64,000 nucleotides of DNA, from contig JBHGNT010000002.1 in the NCBI GenBank assembly GCA_043228905.1, positions 558,001 through 622,000 on the forward strand. Reading direction: 5' to 3'. This document shows positions 50,296 to 64,000 of this stretch, piece after piece (the stretch's first letter is position 1; every line of letters begins with the position of its first letter). The DNA comes from Azolla caroliniana. Taxonomy: Eukaryota > Plantae > Polypodiophyta. The position numbers and the translations under genes are program-made. The notes beneath the pieces are model-generated. The model worked only from the letters and a program-made list of their open reading frames with translations, had not been told where the DNA came from and did no database searches.

Positions 50296-53200
50296 CTAAA
50301 ACTCAAAATCGTCATTTTCCTCCTCTAAAGAAAACTTTCCAGAATGGACCAACTCTTGTAGTCTGGTCGCAGTAGCATCGGAGAGTCCAAGAAGGTACTG
50401 CATACGAGAAAGCCTCTCTGGGGTTGGATTGCTTTTATAAAATAAGCAAAAAAGGTCAAACACTTCATCTTCAATAGACCAAGATAAGGGTTCTGAAGGA
50501 CAAGCCTTATCGCAAGCTATAAGATCATTGAGAGATCCAACCTGCCAAATTACATTTAAGAATCAATGGGTTTGAGAATAATCAATTATTTTAAAGCCTT
50601 ACATCCAGACTAATAGAAGCATCTGGAAAATTACAGAAAATGCTTTATAAGTTTCATATAAATATGCTATGTCAATATGCGTTATGAAAACATGCTGAAA
50701 TCCTGATAATGCTTACCACTCCATCCTTGTTTTTCTGTCTTAGAAGCGAAACCGCTTGCACCAATGTATTGCCAAGTCTCTGCTTAGCAATGTCTTGGAC
50801 TAAAGATTTCACTTTATCCAAATCTAACCCAAGATCAGAAGGATATTTCTCATATACATCCTCATCATTGAAATCACCAGCCCCAGATGAGAAAATTCCA
50901 TCAAGAATCTTCTTAAATAACTGCTGTCGGACATCAGTCGATATCATGGTCTCGACATCGACTCCTGCTTCTCGAAGCTCTCTTACTTCTTTGATGTCCA
51001 ATCTCCCAGCATTAACTGCAGTCTCTATAGCACCACGCATTTTTGTGTTCACGATATTGCTAATAACCTTTTGAGCAGCGTCAGATGGTAATCCAAGTTG
51101 TTTCTGCAGCTCATTAAGTTGTTGTACCCTGCCCTTAGAAAGCTGACCATCTGCTAAGATTATCTCTGCTTGTTGACGGAAAGCTTGCTCTGCAAAACCT
51201 TTGTGTACATCAGCTACCTCTTTAGAAGTTAGACCCAATAGACTACCCAGTTGTCCTAGCCTTAAAAATTCATTCGTGTCTTTCTTCACAACAATCTGAG
51301 TACCCATAGGCATTCCACTGCTCTCTCCAGATATGCAAAAGAGTAAATATAGACGATATAGATCCATTCGTTCACGAAGCTCCAGATCATCTTTGAGAGT
51401 GATCTCAGTCTGCACTTTCTTCCCTGAAGTGTCAAGGTCACTTTTTGGCCTAGTTTTCCTCAGAGTTTGAAGCTCTTGCCACTCATCATCGTCAGCTTTT
51501 TCTTCCCCTTTTTCTGGTTCAGCCACTGTTGGAACCTCAACTTTTTCTTCAGTGATTTCACCAAATGCAGCCCGGATATCTGTCAACAACTCAGTGACTA
51601 CTAGTGTATTAAATGCTACTAACTTTCTCAGCTCCTTGGCAGTCTCCATACGACTTCCAGCACCTCTAGCCCTCTTGACATAAGTTACGAACACTGCGCG
51701 TACCTGCAAAAATAGAAAGAGAAATTTATCATACCAAATGCAATATACAAACCAAGCAATTCAAGGTAAAAACAAGAGAAAAATATAATAGCTATACAAT
51801 GCCATTTCTTGATGACATACAGAGCATGAAATTCATGAAAGAAACTTACAACTTTCCCTGCAATGGCTAAAGCTGCTTCTTTAGTCAATCTCAAGCCTTT
51901 AACACTCTTTTGCACAGCCGCCTTCATATCTGCATCGTATCCATCAACGCCAGCAGCAATAGCATTGTCAATCGACTGCAGGTTGATAAGGGCAAGTGGA
52001 GAGCATTAGCTGCAATTGAAGACTCAAATTTTCAGGTAACTACTATACTAAGAAAAAGACACACCTTCTCAAAGATCCTGCCACAGAGAGTTGCATGAGC
52101 GGCATCAACTGTCTCTTTAGAAAGACATAGTAATATATGTAATCGTCTCAGTGCCTTTACATCATCTTCACTAAGATCACCATCAGAGAGACATTGCTGA
52201 AGCTTCTGTCGATAGATATCTACCAATGCCAATAAGAAACAAAACTGATCACTCACTAATGTGAAAATTTTAATAGTCAAAATTCACCTCAACATTAAAA
52301 TCAAGACCGACCTTCATGGACCTCCTTAGCCTTTTCAGGGTCAAAATGGATACTATCACAAAGGTTTTGCAGATAAGCAGCTTTGCTGGAAGCCTGGTCT
52401 AATTCTCCACCCGCAACTGCCGCCTGAGCAAGTCTTTTCCTATAAACCTTGATAGTAACATCTAGCGTAATGTCTTCAGCCTCACGATTGCCCAAAGCAA
52501 ACAAATTTTTGAGTTTTGCAAGAGACGCAATCTAGGCAAGATATGAGCAAAAGGGATATTACATAATAGTAATAGTAAACATGAACCATACTTATGAAAA
52601 GGATTAGATTTGCCACATTATTATTGCAGCATCAATCACCTCATCTTCCTCAAGCTGGCCACTTGACAAAGCTTCAGTTAGATATGCACGATACAGTTGT
52701 TTGAGCTCATCCATCTTTCTCTCATCATCAAATATCCCACCTGCTTGCACATATCCAACATTGTTCATTACCTACCATTGTTTTCTCATGTTTTGCTAAA
52801 AACAAAGATTGCAGAGCCTAATAGAACATGAGATTTTCTGATTATTATCAGCTACCTATGATAGATACAGATCCAATTCCGGGAGGAAGACTCGATGGAT
52901 CTACCTTCGTGGAGACAGCAGCAAGAGAATCCGTGTATGCTAGTACATTTTCTAACACTTCAACAACTTTCCTAGAATCCCTGTAAACAAATGCAAATAA
53001 AAAGAAAACTAGTTCACTTTTCTTTAGAGTACGACAAACATTTTACCAACTCTAACATCTTCTCACTTAGCTGTTGTACAAGCATTGTAATCAGAAATCA
53101 GAAATGCAAGTCATAAATTATGAAACTCACTTCGCCCTTGTACGAGCCTTAAGTGTCTCAACCGCAGATAAAAGGCGTTCTTCAAGTTGTTCCCGCAAAT

Positions 53201-56200
53201 ACGTTCTAAACAAATCAGATGCAACCTGGTTTTGCATAAAATTTGAATCCCTTAACTCAGAAGATTGAAGCAAGTCTTCAAATATTATAATGAGTCAAGC
53301 ATGACGTATAGAATAAAATTCAAAAATACAATAGTAAAGTAAAGTAAGAACTATTGGCAATTCCTACAAGCTCATGTCTCCAGCATGAAGAAGCTAAAGA
53401 TGCACAAGAGACCCGTATCCTTAATTTGGAATGATCAAAACCTGGTTCATGCTCATAAAAAGCAGCAAAACGACGCCACCTTTCGCACATCCTTTGGGGG
53501 TTTATCCTTTCTGATAAAACCCCAACGAAATTGCATATAACAGACAAATCCCCCAAGAAATTGTTCCAGATTTTCCATAGGTTTTACACATAAATTTCAT
53601 GCACCTTGATTCTCAACATGTCAAATGGCATTGGTCATGCTAATTCAACACCGTAATCATTGGTAAGTTAAATGCAGGTAAGGACAATCTCTGCTTCTCC
53701 ATCCCATTGTCTTATTCCCTGCCATGTACGCTTTTCCTAATAACCTGTTGCAAGTCATCCATGTCGATTCACAGATATTCCTAAGCCAAATCCTCTGCTT
53801 TATAATCTATCCAGTAGAGTAATGAATTAAGCTTCCTACATATTCATGCTATTTTCAGAACTTTGTCTATTATCCCTCAATCTCAGCCACTTATGCTCCA
53901 ATTCTTCAATACTTCATTCTGCTATGACTTACTGAATTATTATAAGAGCATAATACAACAGTGGCTTTGGAGTCATGCATTTGGATTATCAGATTTCAGG
54001 TTTTTCAGCATCCATTGTATCTAGAAGTCAAAATTGGATGCATTGCATGATTCAGAAATAGTAGAAGTAAGAGAAGCATTGAATGATTCAGAAATAATAT
54101 ACACAAGTATGCAAACTACAAAAGACATTTATATAGCACAATATGCACATATATAACTAGGACATAACATATACTCCATAAAACAATGCTTTGAGCATAT
54201 TTTGTACATCATTTCATTGCATATTTAAGTGAATATTAATGGCATGGTCAAATGTTTTAATAGCATTAAATGCTTTGTTGGACAATGTTCATCTTATAAT
54301 GTGCCTATATATATAAATTACCTCATCCGACAATGCCAACTTCAATTGTGCCTTCCTCAAGCTTATGAATTCCTCTACATCAATTTCTGCTTAGAGCGTC
54401 AATCAAAATCAATCAAACCAACCAATGCAGAAAGCAAGGGATAAGATGGCAACCAATCATGATTACCAGAACCGAGAGTCGATAGCTGGGTTCTGAACAG
54501 CCTTTGGGCATTGTCCCGGCATGCTATTTCCACCTTATAAAACCCACATCTTTCAGTGCTAAAATAGATATATCATAATGCAAGATAATGAAGGACAAAA
54601 TCTTACACCTAGGTTACATAAACCTAGACAAAGTCAACTTCTCAGAATCCTTCCTTACTTGTGAATCTGTTAACCGAAATACACGTTTCCATGGTAAATA
54701 GAACTTTGATGCCTCACCGAAAACGAGATTGGAAACATAGACCAATTTCTGGAAAGCCTGCATGAAGAACACCAAATACGATAATTGACAATGATTAGAG
54801 AGGTTATGAAGGCATGATAAGAGAATCCCAGGCCACTCTTTTCATTCAACAGAAGCCCCTTACCCGGCGCTCTTGAACGGCGGTATCTTTATCCCCAGTC
54901 TCCAAGCGCTGTCTAAATATCCTCCTCCCGATCTACCATCAGCAGTACTAGAAGTGAGTGTGATTACAGATAACATAATTCTGCATTAAATTCAGTAACT
55001 TATTACTTCGATGTGTACAGCTGCTGCATCAGGATCCTCAATCCCCAAGGCATTTTTGAACTTAACAATTCTATCCACTTCATCTCCTTTCAGATCATCA
55101 TTACCTGAAGGTATAACATCAGTCACATACCTGCAGTGAACATATAATGACTTAGTGTTCAAAGTTTGTATGCAGACAATTATAATGTGTTTCTATGGAG
55201 CCTAGCCAAACATGTTTTCCATATATCTTGGATAATGGAAGCTTCATGAGCATGAGCATAAGCTACATGTTTGAAGCTGCAAAAAAAGAAGTAAGAAAAA
55301 ACAATTGTAAAAGAGACACTTGACAGAATTTTTCTCAAGGCCTACATTTTGCATGCGTCGTGAATCATGTCACATAACTTTGGTGTGGTCAACTTACTTA
55401 ACAAGGCAATACAATTTGGAAACATCAAAAACCCTATTTAGTGAGATTCGTATCTATCACTAGTTTTCTATTTATTGTTTTTGTTTTGGATGATGGCTTA
55501 TTCAAAAAAAAATATCAACTATGATAAATCACGGTATGGAACTCTCTCATATGATTCATCATTATATACATCTTATTTTAGTATAATATTATACCCAGGC
55601 TTAACAAAAGAAAATTAGATAATGAACATGCTATGCTCCTATCCTTTCATATCTGCCCACAGTTGTCCACATCGAATAGCTATATCATGAAATAAATAGA
55701 ACAAGACCAACAGTTGATTGCAAGAGTTAGTGAGAACTGTGCAAATTTGAAAAGAAAGGACTGAAGTTTTGAAAACATATGTATTTGAATATATCTCTTC
55801 ATTACTGCAATCCTGCATTATGAATGTTTCGGCCACACCACATACCTATCATATAGATCTTTCAACTCCGCATTAAGCAGCTCATCGTGTTTGCTCACGC
55901 CAAACCTGTAAGAGGAGAAAATTCAACTGAGTATACATCGAATGCTTATAGCTGAAACACATTGGATTTTCAGAGTAAATGGCGGTGCTCTTCAATTGGA
56001 TTTTCTAAGGTGAATTTCTATCTCCATTCTTGTGTAATCAAATCACCCAGTATAAGGTGCCTTTCTACCTAAAATAAAAGATAACAAAAAATGGATACGC
56101 AATTTTAAGCTTGTGTACCCAATTCGTTATTTACATGATTTACTATTAATGCTAAGCTAGTATAGAATCCATTTCTCTGTGTTAGTGCCATTCTAATATG

Positions 56201-57547
56201 CATGGTAATTCTGCAGTGATGGAAGATACTTCGCAGAACTTTGATGGAATCAGTATTGGAAGCACTAATAATGTATATGCAAAGGTTTAGTGAAAACCCA
56301 TTCCATATAGGATGAATTCATGTTTTCTGAAATGACCCAAGTGCAGGCCAAGAGGATGAATCAATTAAAAGTTTTACGAGCATTTGTTAAACCAAACAGC
56401 ATCACAAGACATTAGAATGATATCTTGAAATCCTACATTTAACAATCATGTTCATTCTCCATTTGATGAAATTCATATATTTTATCCAGATACTTAATAC
56501 AAAATCATGTTTTATCCACATACTCAATGTGAAAATTAGCAATCATACACATTACACATTGAATAAAGTCCATAACTTACACAGAGATTTGATTTTAGCC
56601 ATTCCAATCTAGTTGAATCACGTTATATTGCAATGTATTCTGCAAGTCGGTGGAATGCATACACTTAAATGTTGAGATGCATTCTATAGAGGATAGACTT
56701 CATGTTTTCCATATGCTGGAGTTCAATGAAAAATCAATGATGCCGTTTTATATCCAAAGAGTCAATGTGCAGAAGGAATCTCTGTCATTCAACTATTATA
56801 CACTGGAAAAGATGCATGATTTTTATATGTATATGTTCAATGTAGAACCATATGAATCTTTCTATTTAACTCCAGAAATGCCAAAGACTCAATATTGCAT
56901 GAAGACTCTTTTTACATCAAATGAATAAGAATATATAAATACCTTTTAACAATGGCATCAACCTCTTCGCGCTGAAGAGAGGTTGGATCATCCAGCTTTG
57001 CAACAGCATTATGAAGCTTCACAGCAGCAATGGCCGGAGCAGAAGAATTGACAAGGTAAGCAGTCGCAATGCCAGCAGCACCAAGGGCTACAGAGCCACC
57101 GATCGCAGCAATTCTTGTTTTACCTTTCGTATAACTGGTTCCAAGAGCATATCCTGCAGCAAGAGCTCCTGCAACAATGGCTACACAGGTGGCATATCGA
57201 GCAGTTGCAGGTAATCCTTGCAGAACTTGATGAACCCCTGAGAGCTCCCTCTCTCCACCAAACGCGTTTCGCAAGCCACTTCGAACCGAAACGTCCGCAC
57301 TTCTGCTTCTGCTCGGAACATCTTCCGAACCGTTTCCGATGCTCAGGGATGCGCCATCGCCATCTGATGATACCGCGCAGCAACGATAGCGAAGTGAAGG
57401 AGAGAGATCACTTCTTCTGCTGCTGCTGCTACCGTTTCTTGCTGTTGAATGGGAGGGGAGACGAGTATAGATCGGGGTGAGAGGGAGAAGGCCTGCAGAC
57501 GAAGGAAGCGATGGCGAGGCTGGCTTGAGAGAAGGACAAGGAAGCAT
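50296..57547 (-). CDS. TIC110: Chloroplast inner-envelope translocon component Tic110, about 15 exons
   Basis: Ser-rich transit peptide, two N-terminal hydrophobic segments (AIVAGALAAGYALG; IGGSVALGAAGIATAYLV), then LGIEDPDAAAVHIEIGRRIFRQRLETGD, FQKLVYVSNLVFG, FALGNREAE, LKDDLELRERMDLY, FRQQAEIILADGQL and a C-terminal EEENDDFEF*. Confidence 0.96.
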
Positions 57548-57582
57548 GGTGAGGAAGGGAGACGAGGGGAGGGGGGGGAGAA

Positions 57583-57647
57583 TTAGGGTTTCTCAGGAAT
57601 AAACCTCTGCTTCCAAGGTGGGGGGGGGGGGGGGGGGGGGCCTTATC
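57583..57647 (-). promoter_or_regulatory. TIC110 proximal promoter/leader: telo-box AAACCCTAA, C21 tract and I-box-like GATAAGG
   Basis: On the + strand: TTAGGGTTT at 57583-57591, G run at 57620-57640 and CCTTATC at 57641-57647, all within ~100 bp upstream of the ATG. Confidence 0.55.
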
Positions 57648-59993
57648 CTATCCGATCATCATTCTTTTATTTCTTTTTTATTTCTTATTTAGTTATTTAC
57701 ATATAGGTCTTCAAGATTCTGTACACAAGACAGGCATTTTGGTTCCTTTCTTTTTCTTTGGGATACCTCTTCTTGATTTTGAAGAGTCGGCACCAACACA
57801 TCTCTCATCGCAACCTTGGATTCTTCATCATTTCGGCCATCGGTAAAGTCTTCTTCTTCTTCATCTGATCCTCCTCGTCATCTTTCATTTCGATCGATCC
57901 TTTCCCTCTCCCATTTATACCCTTCTTGATTGATCCTTTTCCTTGGCGTGAGATTGTCACATAAAGCCTTGCACCCTTTTTGTGGAATGCATTGATGGTT
58001 GCAATATATGTTCAACGTGAGTTTAGGAAGTGTTGGTAACAATGCAATGCACTTACAAGGAGGTTACATGTGTGGATTTATTTATATTTGGTGCTTGTAT
58101 ATACAATGATGTCATACACACATTATTTGCTTAATTGGCTTGCCATGGAAGTTGTGGTTTTCACATCATCCATGATTTGGCAGACACTCAAATTGTGGGT
58201 GGGATGAAAGTGCAACAAACAACAGCATGCACAAAAAAACTTTGAGAAACGTGACCCACTAGCATTCTTGCTACAACCATGCATGTCAACAAGATACGGT
58301 TTTATTCGACTTTCTCCACGTCCTTGCATGAAGAAGATATGAAATGTTGGTTGCATTCCTCTATGGTGTGGATTTCACTTATGGAGGAGTGGATGCCAAA
58401 AAGTCTCCTAAAATCCTTGCAAAATATCAGCCATGTACCTTGACGGAATTTTTAATATAATTGTTCGTAGTAATCACAATAGTAATTAAAAGTGTTGATA
58501 AACATGGATTCTCAAAGTTGGGAACACAATCGTTAAGAGATGGAAAGTAATAACAATGGCATAATCACATTATATGACACTTGCTCAAAAGTATAATAAA
58601 ACTATCATAACAGAAATGGCAAAAATGTAGAGAAGACAACGTCAAACATATGGAAGATAACAGTAAAGTGATGGAATGTATGAAGAAGATAAAGATGCAT
58701 GCTTTCCATATCAATATAAGTATCAAAATAGAGAGAAGAAATAAATGCAATGAAACATTTCACACATCCAAGGAGATGAACAACCAATGTGCACAAGAAT
58801 CTATCACACTCCATTTTGAAGTAGTGATTATTAATAGTTTAATTGTTGCTCGCACTAATATTTTGCATTTTATATTGACTAAAATCGAGAAGAGATGGAT
58901 GTCTCTATATAATAATGTGCTCTTATTCACGAAAAGCTTTCCTATCATAATTATGAAGTACTTGCACTTTTCAAGAGCATTAGAACCTATTTTTGCTTGA
59001 GCTTGTGTTTTTAATTCAAGCTTATCACATGATCGCTATCTAACTTGATTTTTGTTGACCCAAAATATGCATCTTACCATGACCTACAATAACATCTTGA
59101 AATTATGGAATCCAAGAATGTGTCATTGACAACTTGTTTCAAGGGGTTTTTCACTTCACCTCAAGGAAACTTGTTTGCACACTACACAATGACACACTAT
59201 CCTATGTATGGTGGTGCAAATCTAGCATAAATATCTTGTTCCTTTAGATGCATGCTTACCTATTGGCTTGACACAATTTTGGTGCTCCCATCTTCACATT
59301 GTACCCACACACCATGTTTATTGATAATAAACAAGGTTGCCATTTGTTTTTACACATGAAACACGTTATCAACTTTTTATACATCAATGTTATGGATGAC
59401 AATGTACTAGGAACTCATTATGTACATCATTCGATAAAGACGAAGAACTATCATGCATTAGTGAAAAGAGGAAGGTCATGGAGATTATTCCTCAAAAATG
59501 AAGCAATTGTTGAATTAATTCATATCAACGTGGTTTCATTGTCAACAATAGGGGAAAAGTTTCATTGACATAATCGACGTAAAATAAAAACCAACAAATT
59601 ATAGTTTACGAAAAATATTGACCAATGAAAAAAATTCCCCATTAGATTACTATACTTACTATTCATTTGATATGCAAGTGCTAATATGAACATTAAAACT
59701 GGTAATCCAATATCTATCAAACCACAACTTATGAACACATGTAGATGTTTAGTTTGGTTAAACAGCTAGCAAAGAATCAATCCAAAAGCACAAGGCCATC
59801 AAAGTAATGAGTGCTAAGGTAATGAAAAATACTAAGATGTCGTTTTTCCATTTACAAAGGAAGCCAACCTCTACCTCTTCTTGAAACTTCAACTCAAAGC
59901 ATTCAATCCTTTCTGCATTCAAGATGTGCATTTTTCTACTCTTGGAAAAATAGAGTTTTGCCGAATCTGTGCTTTTTTTCTTCTTGTGTCCAT

Positions 59994-61652
59994 TTAAGCC
60001 TTCACTTTAATATCCCCCCTCCGCCAAACGGGAAGCACTTCCATTCCACCATCTCTATTTTCAGCCATATTACAAACTTGCTTTCCTTGCTTTCCCTTTT
60101 GGTTCTTCCTCTTCATTCTTTGCTCAAGCCTAACACTTCTTGATTCTTGAACACGTTGCTCCATCTCTAAAGCCCGAGAAAAATCCCAAACTCTAACTAT
60201 TTGCTCTAATCCAGCACTAACTATCCGATCTGCTCCAACATCAACACTATATAAGCTTTGATTAGAACAAAATAGCATCCGTTGGGGCCTTTCAGCATCG
60301 GTCGAAATAACTGCCCAACCCATTTGATGATGACGATTATTTTTAGATTTCAATGATGAATTCAGAGGTTCACGACCTCTTTTGACGATGATCTTTCTAA
60401 CGTCTATCATGGCAAGAGAGCCATCTGCTGATGACGAGACAAGCCAGGGGTCCTCAAAAGCCAAGGCATACACTGCACCAGAATGAGGATGCCAAAAGGC
60501 TACTGGTTCATTATTACTTGCTTCCTCAGTGTTTTCATACATCTTAATGATACCATCCTCGCCCCCGGAAAACAAAAAATGACCGGATCGGCTACATTCC
60601 ACAGCATATACATGACCTTCATGAGCACTCCTGCGAACTCGTGAGCATTCCCCAGTCTCCACATCCCAACTATACAAATCGCTCCCCGATGCAGAAAACA
60701 ACCTTTGGCTTCTTAGCGAAATCGACCAAACCCAATCGCAGTGATTCAATGTTCTAATGCATGAGAATGTGTTGCAATCCCATACCTTCACAGTCATGTC
60801 CCATGAGCCACTACAAATCCTCGTCCCATTCAAACTAAGGCTTGTAATGGGCCCTTCGTGACCAACAAGTTCAATCATCGAGGAGTTTTCCCTTCCTCTC
60901 TCTTTGATGATTCCAGCAACATCAAACCTATGCAAAAGATTTGGAATCTCACGCCAGATTCTGATTCGAGAATCTGTACCACCTACAGCGAGGAAGGACA
61001 TATCCACGGCTATTGCTCGTAGAGAGTCGCCACCAAGAGGGCGAGAGCAAGCCATAAGAGAAGATTCTTCTAGATCCCATATTCTTAGAATCGAATCATA
61101 ACCGGCTGTAAAGACAAGATTGGCTGATGGGAGCATACGGACACACCGGATTGCTTTTGTGTGGCCAACCATCATATTATTCTGAGATCGACCGAGGAAA
61201 GCTTTACTTCTTGCTTCTCTGGCAAGGTATAAATCTTTCCATGCTTTTTCTGAAAGCATAGGAGACAAATCTTTAGATGAATTAATTGAAGCAGAAGAAA
61301 AATGAGATGAAGAAGGTGCAGGACTCCCCCATCTTTCACAATAGAAATTCTTCCATCCATGGCTATCTGAAGAGACCCCTCGGAATAGAGAACAAACACA
61401 TGATATCATGCTTAACTCTCTTGCATCTAGATGCTTGAAAACTTCAGCAATAAGTGCAGGGGGTAAATCCAAGAAGGTGCTTCTAGAAGGTTCTGCATTC
61501 TGCTCTGGTATAGGTACATGTGGAACCATCCCTGCCATATCTGAACAAGAAGAAGTGGATGAGGACGAGGACGAGGAGGATCCCTCATACCAAGCATCAT
61601 CTGCTATCCCAGCAGCAGACTGACCCAAAGTATTATTATTTTTTAATGCCAT
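59994..61652 (-). CDS. F-box/WD40-repeat protein (SEL-10/FBXW-like architecture), single coding exon
   Basis: F-box FLDLPPALIAEVFKHLDARELSMISCVC, followed by GH..WD repeats (GHTKAIRC..RIWD, GHEGPITS..VKVWD, AHEGHVYA, VRVWD). First ATG at 61652; the track start at 61712 is a GTG. Probable 5'UTR intron from donor ~62246 to acceptor ~61694. Confidence 0.92.
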   Translation of the reverse strand: MALKNNNTLGQSAAGIADDAWYEGSSSSSSSSTSSCSDMAGMVPHVPIPEQNAEPSRSTFLDLPPALIAEVFKHLDARELSMISCVCSLFRGVSSDSHGWKNFYCERWGSPAPSSSHFSSASINSSKDLSPMLSEKAWKDLYLAREARSKAFLGRSQNNMMVGHTKAIRCVRMLPSANLVFTAGYDSILRIWDLEESSLMACSRPLGGDSLRAIAVDMSFLAVGGTDSRIRIWREIPNLLHRFDVAGIIKERGRENSSMIELVGHEGPITSLSLNGTRICSGSWDMTVKVWDCNTFSCIRTLNHCDWVWSISLRSQRLFSASGSDLYSWDVETGECSRVRRSAHEGHVYAVECSRSGHFLFSGGEDGIIKMYENTEEASNNEPVAFWHPHSGAVYALAFEDPWLVSSSADGSLAMIDVRKIIVKRGREPLNSSLKSKNNRHHQMGWAVISTDAERPQRMLFCSNQSLYSVDVGADRIVSAGLEQIVRVWDFSRALEMEQRVQESRSVRLEQRMKRKNQKGKQGKQVCNMAENRDGGMEVLPVWRRGDIKVKA

Positions 61653-62616
61653 CAAATCAAACCCTAAATAGTGATCCTGTCGTAAAACCTTTCCTGCACC
61701 GGTTCTGTTCACAAAAATATCTAATCAGAATTCTTCATAGATTCTTTCAAAAGGAGCTTCCTGCATAGATTCTTTCCAAGAAACGCTAAAATGTTTGTGC
61801 ATAGGTTATGTCAAGAACTGTAAATGACACTCTTCATAAAAACTAAAAGGTTCGTGCATAGATTCTGTTAAAAACCCTAAACCGAGTGTATCTCCATGGA
61901 TTCTGTGAAAATAACCTTAACGAATTCTTGCACGGGTTCTAGTAAAAATAACATACAACTCTCGAGAGGATACTGATAGATTCTGTTCCACGTCATAAAA
62001 TGGCATGCATTCTGTCCTGTTCAGATTCTTTCAAGACAAACTGTGCCAGTCTTTCAGCAAAAACTCGTTTAAAAATCTAACTAAATCGATATAGACTTCT
62101 GCACGAATTCCTGACCTACACAGGCTTTCTGCACGAATTCCTGACCTGCACAGGCTTTCTGCACGGATCCGGAAAGGGAACATAGAAATCTAACCGTAAA
62201 ACAGAAAAGAGAGGTCCTTCCATGGTATGGAGTGCAGGAGACTCACCGGGATGTTCGAGATGTGCAGTGCAGGGAGGGAAATGGGGCGTCCTTCTGAATC
62301 CTGTGGGGGGTGGGAGTAAGGATTTCAAGGGAGGGGAGGGGGTTCACAGATGGATGATGATGATGATGATGATGATGCCGCCATGGATGCAGCAGCAAAA
62401 GCTATGCTACCATCATTCCATTGTCACACATCTCTCGCATGTGACAAGGAATATCATCCAGCCACACATTTTTGGGGATAGTAAAAACTCTCATGTGTTC
62501 ATTCATACATATGTACATACATATGTACATACATACATACATACAGACATGCACAATTAATTAATTCATTGCACAAGGTTATTGAAAATCCATCGGCCCT
62601 TTAACCTTATAAGATT

Positions 62617-62763
62617 CATTGGCCTGCTTTAGAAATGACTTGAGGCCTGGTTAGACATGACAAACCTGGGTTAGAAATGGGCATGCGCTTCATTGGCCTG
62701 CTTTAGAAATAACAGAGGCCTGGTTAGACATGACAAACCTGGGTTAGAAATGGGCGTGCGCTT
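62617..62763. repeat. Tandem duplication (~73-bp unit, 2 copies) upstream of the F-box gene
   Basis: CATTGGCCTGCTTTAGAAAT..GAGGCCTGGTTAGACATGACAAACCTGGGTTAGAAATGGGCRTGCGCTT occurs twice. Confidence 0.9.
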
Positions 62764-64000
62764 TTTCTGGATAATGATCTGACAATGCAGATTTCACATG
62801 ATTACTCGAGCTATCCATGCACCGTCTACCCGTTGTTGCAATTCCCTCGTCTCTAATAGTTGGTTGCAAACACACACATGTATACATACATGCATACACA
62901 CACGTACATACATATATTGTGTTGTCATGAACGTCTCTTCATTTCACTCAACATACATCCTCTTAAGTTTTCAACATTCCTGTGTGTGGTTGGTGCACAA
63001 CTATTGTAGAAAATAGCATTTCAACTCCATCAGTGACGATGTGAAGAGATTTGATGGAATCTTCAATCTTGTTAATGTCAAGTTGTTGAGGTTTAATTAA
63101 AACAATGTTTTCTGAATCATTAACACGACATAAACTAACTTAATTTTAATTTTAATTGGCATTCATAAAGATCCTCGATCCATGGACATGTTCAAATTTC
63201 ATATAAACGAGGCCTATTCTATGTGAATAAAGACGAAAGAAAATAACAGCTTTGGAACTACATTGCTCTCAAAACGATTATGATACAATGTCAAACAATA
63301 TTGATTTTGCTTGTTATGAGGAAGTCCCTTGTGGATATGCTCAAGTTATTCGTATATGAATCTAGAAACTTTATCATACATATGGACAAACAATATAGCA
63401 CAATTTGTAAGAGGTATGTATAAATACAAATTTGTGTCTAAGTACCAGGGATGATGGGTTGGTGGATAAATACAATGGGAGACTCGTGGGCAATAGATAC
63501 ATGCACAAATAGAGTGCAAAATTTGTCCCTATGCTACGATTAGACGAGGCATATTACGACAATAGTTTGTTCAATCCAAATACACGAGTATTGATGATTG
63601 AATGGTGCATATGAATCTTCAAATGAATGGTTGAGGGAAAATAAACAAACATGAATGATCGTAATGAGAAGGGTAAGTAATAAATATATAAGTAAACGCG
63701 ATCGTTAAAGCTTGTTAAATTATGAATAAAGGGCAATGTTAGTCGAGCAAATAAAGGTGTAGTAATTTTAGCCATTTGTCATGTTCGTATATGATCTATT
63801 ATGAGCAAACGACACTATGCAGTTGAGATGTACTCTATTTCTATTTAATCACACTTATTTGTATCACTACGAGCCTTGTTTGTACATTAGGCTCATATTT
63901 TGCATCCATGTACATACATAGTTTATTGTGAGTGGATGAAATCAATCTTAGCAAATTGGGTCAAGGCCATCACTATTGAAGGGATGTTCAATAATGTTTG

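Noticed and set aside
57750-59600. Possible decayed hAT-like transposase on the - strand
   Set aside because: An acidic tail-like tract and faint motifs are present, but no TIR, TSD or clear catalytic motif; it needs TBLASTX.

Overview
Eukaryotic nuclear DNA from a land plant: AT-rich spliceosomal introns, many microsatellites, TIC110 and a PPR remnant. A non-seed plant such as a fern is plausible but is only an inference. Five host genes are supported: a PP2C-plus-Ser/Thr-kinase gene (+, ~2.6-11.7 kb), a two-exon defensin gene that the ORF track misses (-, 13.9-15.15 kb), fimbrin (+, 40.2-47.8 kb), TIC110 (-, 50.3-57.5 kb) and an F-box/WD40 gene (-, 60.0-61.65 kb). From ~15.8 to 32.8 kb lies a nested retroelement stack that can largely be resolved by target-site duplications (TSDs). 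A very young Tnt1/Tork-like Copia sits in an old Bianca-like Copia. An L1-type LINE carries an inverted Copia, which itself carries a solo LTR. The most notable observations are the defensin precursor (signal peptide, N-terminal acidic prodomain, His-rich 8-Cys domain), a 148-bp fold-back element with TG..CA ends and a near-perfect 5-bp TSD, a single nonsense codon in a Copia whose LTRs look identical, and an ~80-bp plastid 23S rRNA insertion in a fimbrin intron. Exon coordinates were read by eye and may be off by a few bases.
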